64,000 nucleotides of DNA from Podarcis melisellensis (Eukaryota): the NCBI GenBank assembly GCA_964234715.1, contig OZ174282.1. One strand, given 5' to 3'. Position numbers and translations under genes: made by a program. A model generated the notes under the pieces. The model did no database searches. It was not told the DNA's origin and saw only the letters and a list, made by a program, of their open reading frames with translations. Each line of letters opens with the position of its first letter. The stretch's first letter is position 1. Shown in pieces: positions 60,261 through 64,000 of the stretch.

Positions 60261-61499
60261 TATAAGACAGAGTAAGGTGCAGTAGAAGAATGTACCGGAT
60301 AACAAGGTCTAAGTGCACCAGGAATAGATAACCTGTGTCCTTCCAGTTGCTTCTGGACTCCTACTGTCATCAGCCCCAGCCAGCTTAGGCAATAGTTGGG
60401 TCAGGGGTAATAGGAATTGCAGTCCACCAGTGTCTGGAGGGTCACAGTTTGCTGATCCAGGCTGCAGCTGTCATAGCCCGCCTACGCATTAAGATCAATG
60501 TCTAAGGCCCTGTTTTCTGACCCATCATCATGAACTATTAGACTGGTGGATCATAATCTCAGCATCTACGAGTGCCACAGGTTAGCTAGCCCCGTGTTCA
60601 TGATAATGCATTGAGAGTAACAACAAAAACTTGAGAGAGGTCAGTCAAAGGAGGGCATGCTGGGTGGGAGGGTGATAATGCAAACAACTTACAGATGACT
60701 TGATTAATGAACATTCAGCCTGATTTGTTTGTGGGGAGATTAGATGACATTGCATCAGGCAAGTGTTATCCCACACTTTCCTGTGCATTTCCCTGTTACT
60801 TTCCTTATGCAGTCTGATATTCTAGGGAAGCAGGTTTGTTTCCCAAGAGCTGTGAATCAGCTTGAATTTGCTGAGATGTGACTGAATCCCCCAGAAAATA
60901 GTGACAGTCTGCAAGCACCCTGCATGCTGTGATTCTTTGCTATAAGTCCTAACAGAATGATTATTACATTGCCAAGCAAGATGTTTTGCTGTGGGCTTAA
61001 AGCAGGCATATCCACAGATGTCAGTGTGAAATTATCCTGCCTTTACTGGGCAGCAGTGAATGAACATATACTAAGAAATAGTTATGCCTGTGGAGTGACG
61101 AATGCCCTTCTTCTGGCACTGTTTGCCTATCAAGTGGACCATGGAGAACTACAGGCTACTCTCCATTGTGAACAGTGGGCCCTTGGTTAGGGCAATGGTT
61201 GATGTGGGCAAACAGTGCCAGAATTGAAGACATTGCCATTCTACCTACTCATTCTTTCACTCTCAGCATATGACAGAAGGTTACAAAGCCTTAAGGAATT
61301 AGAAGTAACTGCATGAACATTGCCCCTTCCTATTACATGTTTGTGACTTCTGTGATGTAGGCAACAGGTTCGTAGCACACTGACTTCATGGGAAAAGCTC
61401 TGTGGTACACAACAGGACTGGGGAAAATCACTTTCTGATTTTTGATGCTTGTATTAAGGATATACTTCATTCAGCTCTTGCACACAGCTTCATCTTACA

Positions 61500-61865
61500 T
61501 AGATGGCCTCGGTCCAGTATACCTGAAGGAGCGTCTCCACCTCCATCGTTCTGCCCAGACACTGAGGTCCAGCGCCAAGGGCCTTCTGGCGGTTCCCTCG
61601 CTGCGAGAAGCCAAGTTGCAGGGAACCAGGCAGAGGGCCTTCTCGGTAGTGGCACCCGCCCTGTGGAACACCCTCCCACCAGATGTCAAAGAGAAAAATA
61701 ACTACCAAAATTTTAGAAGACACCTGAAGGCAGCCCTGTTTAGGGAAGCTTTTAATGTTTAATAGGTTATTGTATTTTAGTGTTTTGTTGGAAGCTGCCC
61801 AGAGTGGCTAGGGAAACCCAGCCAGATGGGCGGGAAATAAATAAATAAATAAATAAATAAATAAA
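61500..61865 (+). mobile_element. L2-clade LINE 3' fragment
   Basis: ORF2 end GPVYLKERL...RAFSVVAPALWNTLP...FRRHLKAALF, (AAAT)n tail. Other fragments at ~19515-19690, 38737-38890 and 63580-63860. Confidence 0.88.
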
Positions 61866-62164
61866 ATAATTGTTATGATTATTATTGCAATGGAATAAAA
61901 TGGTACATAAAGGCAGAGAAGGTGGGGAGTGCAACCAAAGAAGGGAGAAATGAGATGAGCATAGAAAAGAGAATGGAGGAGGAATCTGAGCTCCAGAGAA
62001 TTGCTGTGAGTGCTGCTGTTTAGGGTGCCTTAACCTGATGATTTAGGTGAGAGAAACTGCTACCTGCTCAAAAGGGGAAGGTTTTGCTCATTTATTCAGC
62101 AAAGTTTGTGATCAAAATGCATAATAACATTATGCAGAATCTGCATTTTTAAAAAAATAAAAAT

Positions 62165-62800
62165 AAATTTTATTAGTATTTTCCACACAACAACACAAAA
62201 GATATCAAAAAATAACAATACACAACACACAAAAATCAACATTTAAAAACTAAAGAAAGCAACAACAACAACAAAACCAAATCTATATCTTACAAGTTAA
62301 TATTATAAACAATAAAACAACTACAAGACATTGACTTCCACCAATCCCACAGCACCACCTTTATCTCTCATTGTGTCTTCCTGTTTTCCTGTTTTCTTTA
62401 TCATTTCTATCCTAACATCTAGATATAAATCCTTCTTTCATATCCTTTCACTTCACAAGGTTATTCCAGACTCAGCCAGATATCTGCCCTCGAACCTTGA
62501 CTTTTGAGGTATTCATTTAGACACTCCAATTCTTTTTTTTACTTCACTTTTTGGTTTTTGTCTTCTTATGTCTGTCAGTTTGGCTAATTCTAAGTATTCT
62601 GAGAGCTTACATAGCCACTCTCCCCTAGTGGGTAACTGATTCACTTTCAAGTACTTAGCCACCAGGATTCTTGCTGCAGACGTTGCGTATAAGAAAAAAT
62701 TAGTTTCGTCTTCTGGAGTATCATCATTTAAAATTCCTAGAAAGAATGCCTCTGGCCTTTTACTATATGATATTCTTAATATTTTCTTTATTTCTTCTGC
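62165..62800 (-). mobile_element. L1-clade LINE 3' fragment
   Basis: Minus frame KRPEAFFLGIL...FLYATSAARILVAKYLK...EWLCKLSEYLELAKLT, one frameshift in an A-run, stop at 62461-62463, T/G-rich 3' UTR with AATAAA and an A tail. Confidence 0.8.
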
Positions 62801-62914
62801 AAATTAAGCAAATCTAGAAACCAAGCAAATCAGTCTTCTTTTCTCAGGCCTCTATTTGTGCCCAGAGGAGGCAGTTCCTAATTTAGTGGCTTTTTCTTCT
62901 AACTTGAGGGAATA

Positions 62915-63292
62915 GGATAAGTTTATCCTGGTAAAGAGGAGACTGTGGGGAGATATGATAGTCATCTTCAGATATCTAAAGGGCTGTCACATGGAGGGTG
63001 GAGCAAGCTTGTTTCTCCACCCCACCCCCCTGCTTTGGAGGGTAGGACCTGAACCAACGGATACAAGTTAGAAGAAAGGAGATCCTGACTAAACATCAGG
63101 AAGCACTTTCTGGCAGAAAGAGTTGTTTGACAGTGGAACAAACTCCCTCAGGAGGTGGTGGACTCCCCTTCCTTGGAGGTTTTTAAGCAGAGGGTGGATG
63201 GCCACCTGCCACGGATGCTTTAGTTGAGATTCCTGCATTGCAGGGACTTGGACTTGATGACCTTCAGGGTCTCTTCCAACTCTATGATTCTA
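62915..63292 (+). mobile_element. CR1 LINE 3' fragment
   Basis: KRRLWGDMIVIFRYLKG-like ORF2 end and a CTTCCAACTCTATGATTCTA tail. Confidence 0.88.
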
Positions 63293-63412
63293 TAATTGCT
63301 TGTTTGCTTGAAGTAATATTCAGAAAACATTGTTCTGTGTTGCTGTTCAGGTTTACTTGCAGGGCTTCCTTTTTTTACTTCCTCTGGCAAGCTTGCTCAT
63401 ACTGTATAAAAT

Positions 63413-63480
63413 TTCTTCTTCTTCTTCTTCTTCTTCTTCTTCTTCTTCTTCTTCTTCTTCTTCTTCTTCTTCTTCTTCTT
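63413..63480. repeat. (CTT)n microsatellite
   Basis: About 22 units, direct reading. Confidence 0.97.
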
Positions 63481-64000
63481 TGAATTTGTTAGTCATGCCC
63501 AGGGAACACAAAGCTACTAAAGACCAAACAAACAGGCAAACTTCCACCCAACATAGATACATTAAGACCAAGAGGAAAAATAAATACATTAGAAACATCC
63601 TGCCCACTTCAAAAAGGTCATAGGTAGTTAAAGGCCCAAGGCCTGGTTATAGAAAGTTTTTGCCTGGCACCTAAAAATATATAAGGATGTCGCCAGGCAA
63701 GTCTTCCTAGAAAGAGCATTGCACAAGGGAAGTCACTGCAGAAAAGGCCCATTCTCTTGTTGCCACCCTCTGGACTTTTTGTGAAGGGGGCACATGATGA
63801 AGGCCCTCAGATGGTGATTGCAGGTTCTGGACTGTTTCATATATGGAGGTACTTTGAGGTACCTCCATATATTTTGAGGTCTTTTGAGGTACTGCAGTTT
63901 CTTTATCCTGCTAGACTTGTTGTTGCTTCTGTTGACTCGATATTATGCCTACAGCCCATAGGCAAATATAATATTCCTGATCTACTGACCTAAGAACATC

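Noticed and set aside
63238-63623. Poly-L, poly-S and poly-E ORFs
   Set aside because: Translations of the (CTT)n microsatellite.
42895-64000. MACO1 exon 2 or a nested gene in intron 1
   Set aside because: No TFLYLKFLVVW-type exon or other coherent exon chain was found by eye. A spliced alignment would be needed to exclude small exons.

Overview
Vertebrate genomic DNA, most likely a squamate reptile and probably a lacertid lizard. This is inferred from the repeat landscape (CR1, L2, BovB tail, Penelope hairpin, hAT/Tc1 MITEs) and was not confirmed by a search. The window is the conserved RH syntenic block. It holds RSRP1 on the - strand (~4.1-11.8 kb; 5' and 3' exon structure partly unresolved) and complete TMEM50A on the + strand (6 coding exons, 159 aa). 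It also holds one complete 10-exon Rh30 (RHD/RHCE-type) gene on the - strand (414 aa), tail-to-tail with TMEM50A, and exon 1 plus >21 kb of intron 1 of MACO1/TMEM57 on the + strand. Exon boundaries were read by hand from GT/AG signals and frame continuity. The most notable observation is a young 2.08-kb hAT (Charlie/Buster-type) deletion derivative in RH intron 8. Its intact BED-zinc-finger ORF is flanked by splice-like sites with the same phases as RH exon 9, so it is a candidate host-transposase exon trap (hypothesis only). Other points of interest are an Rh30 protein with a partly retained ammonia-channel signature, a possible RSRP1 uORF ending 1 nt before the main ATG, and several hairpin or inverted-repeat structures. 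No CRISPR, rRNA or tRNA genes were found.
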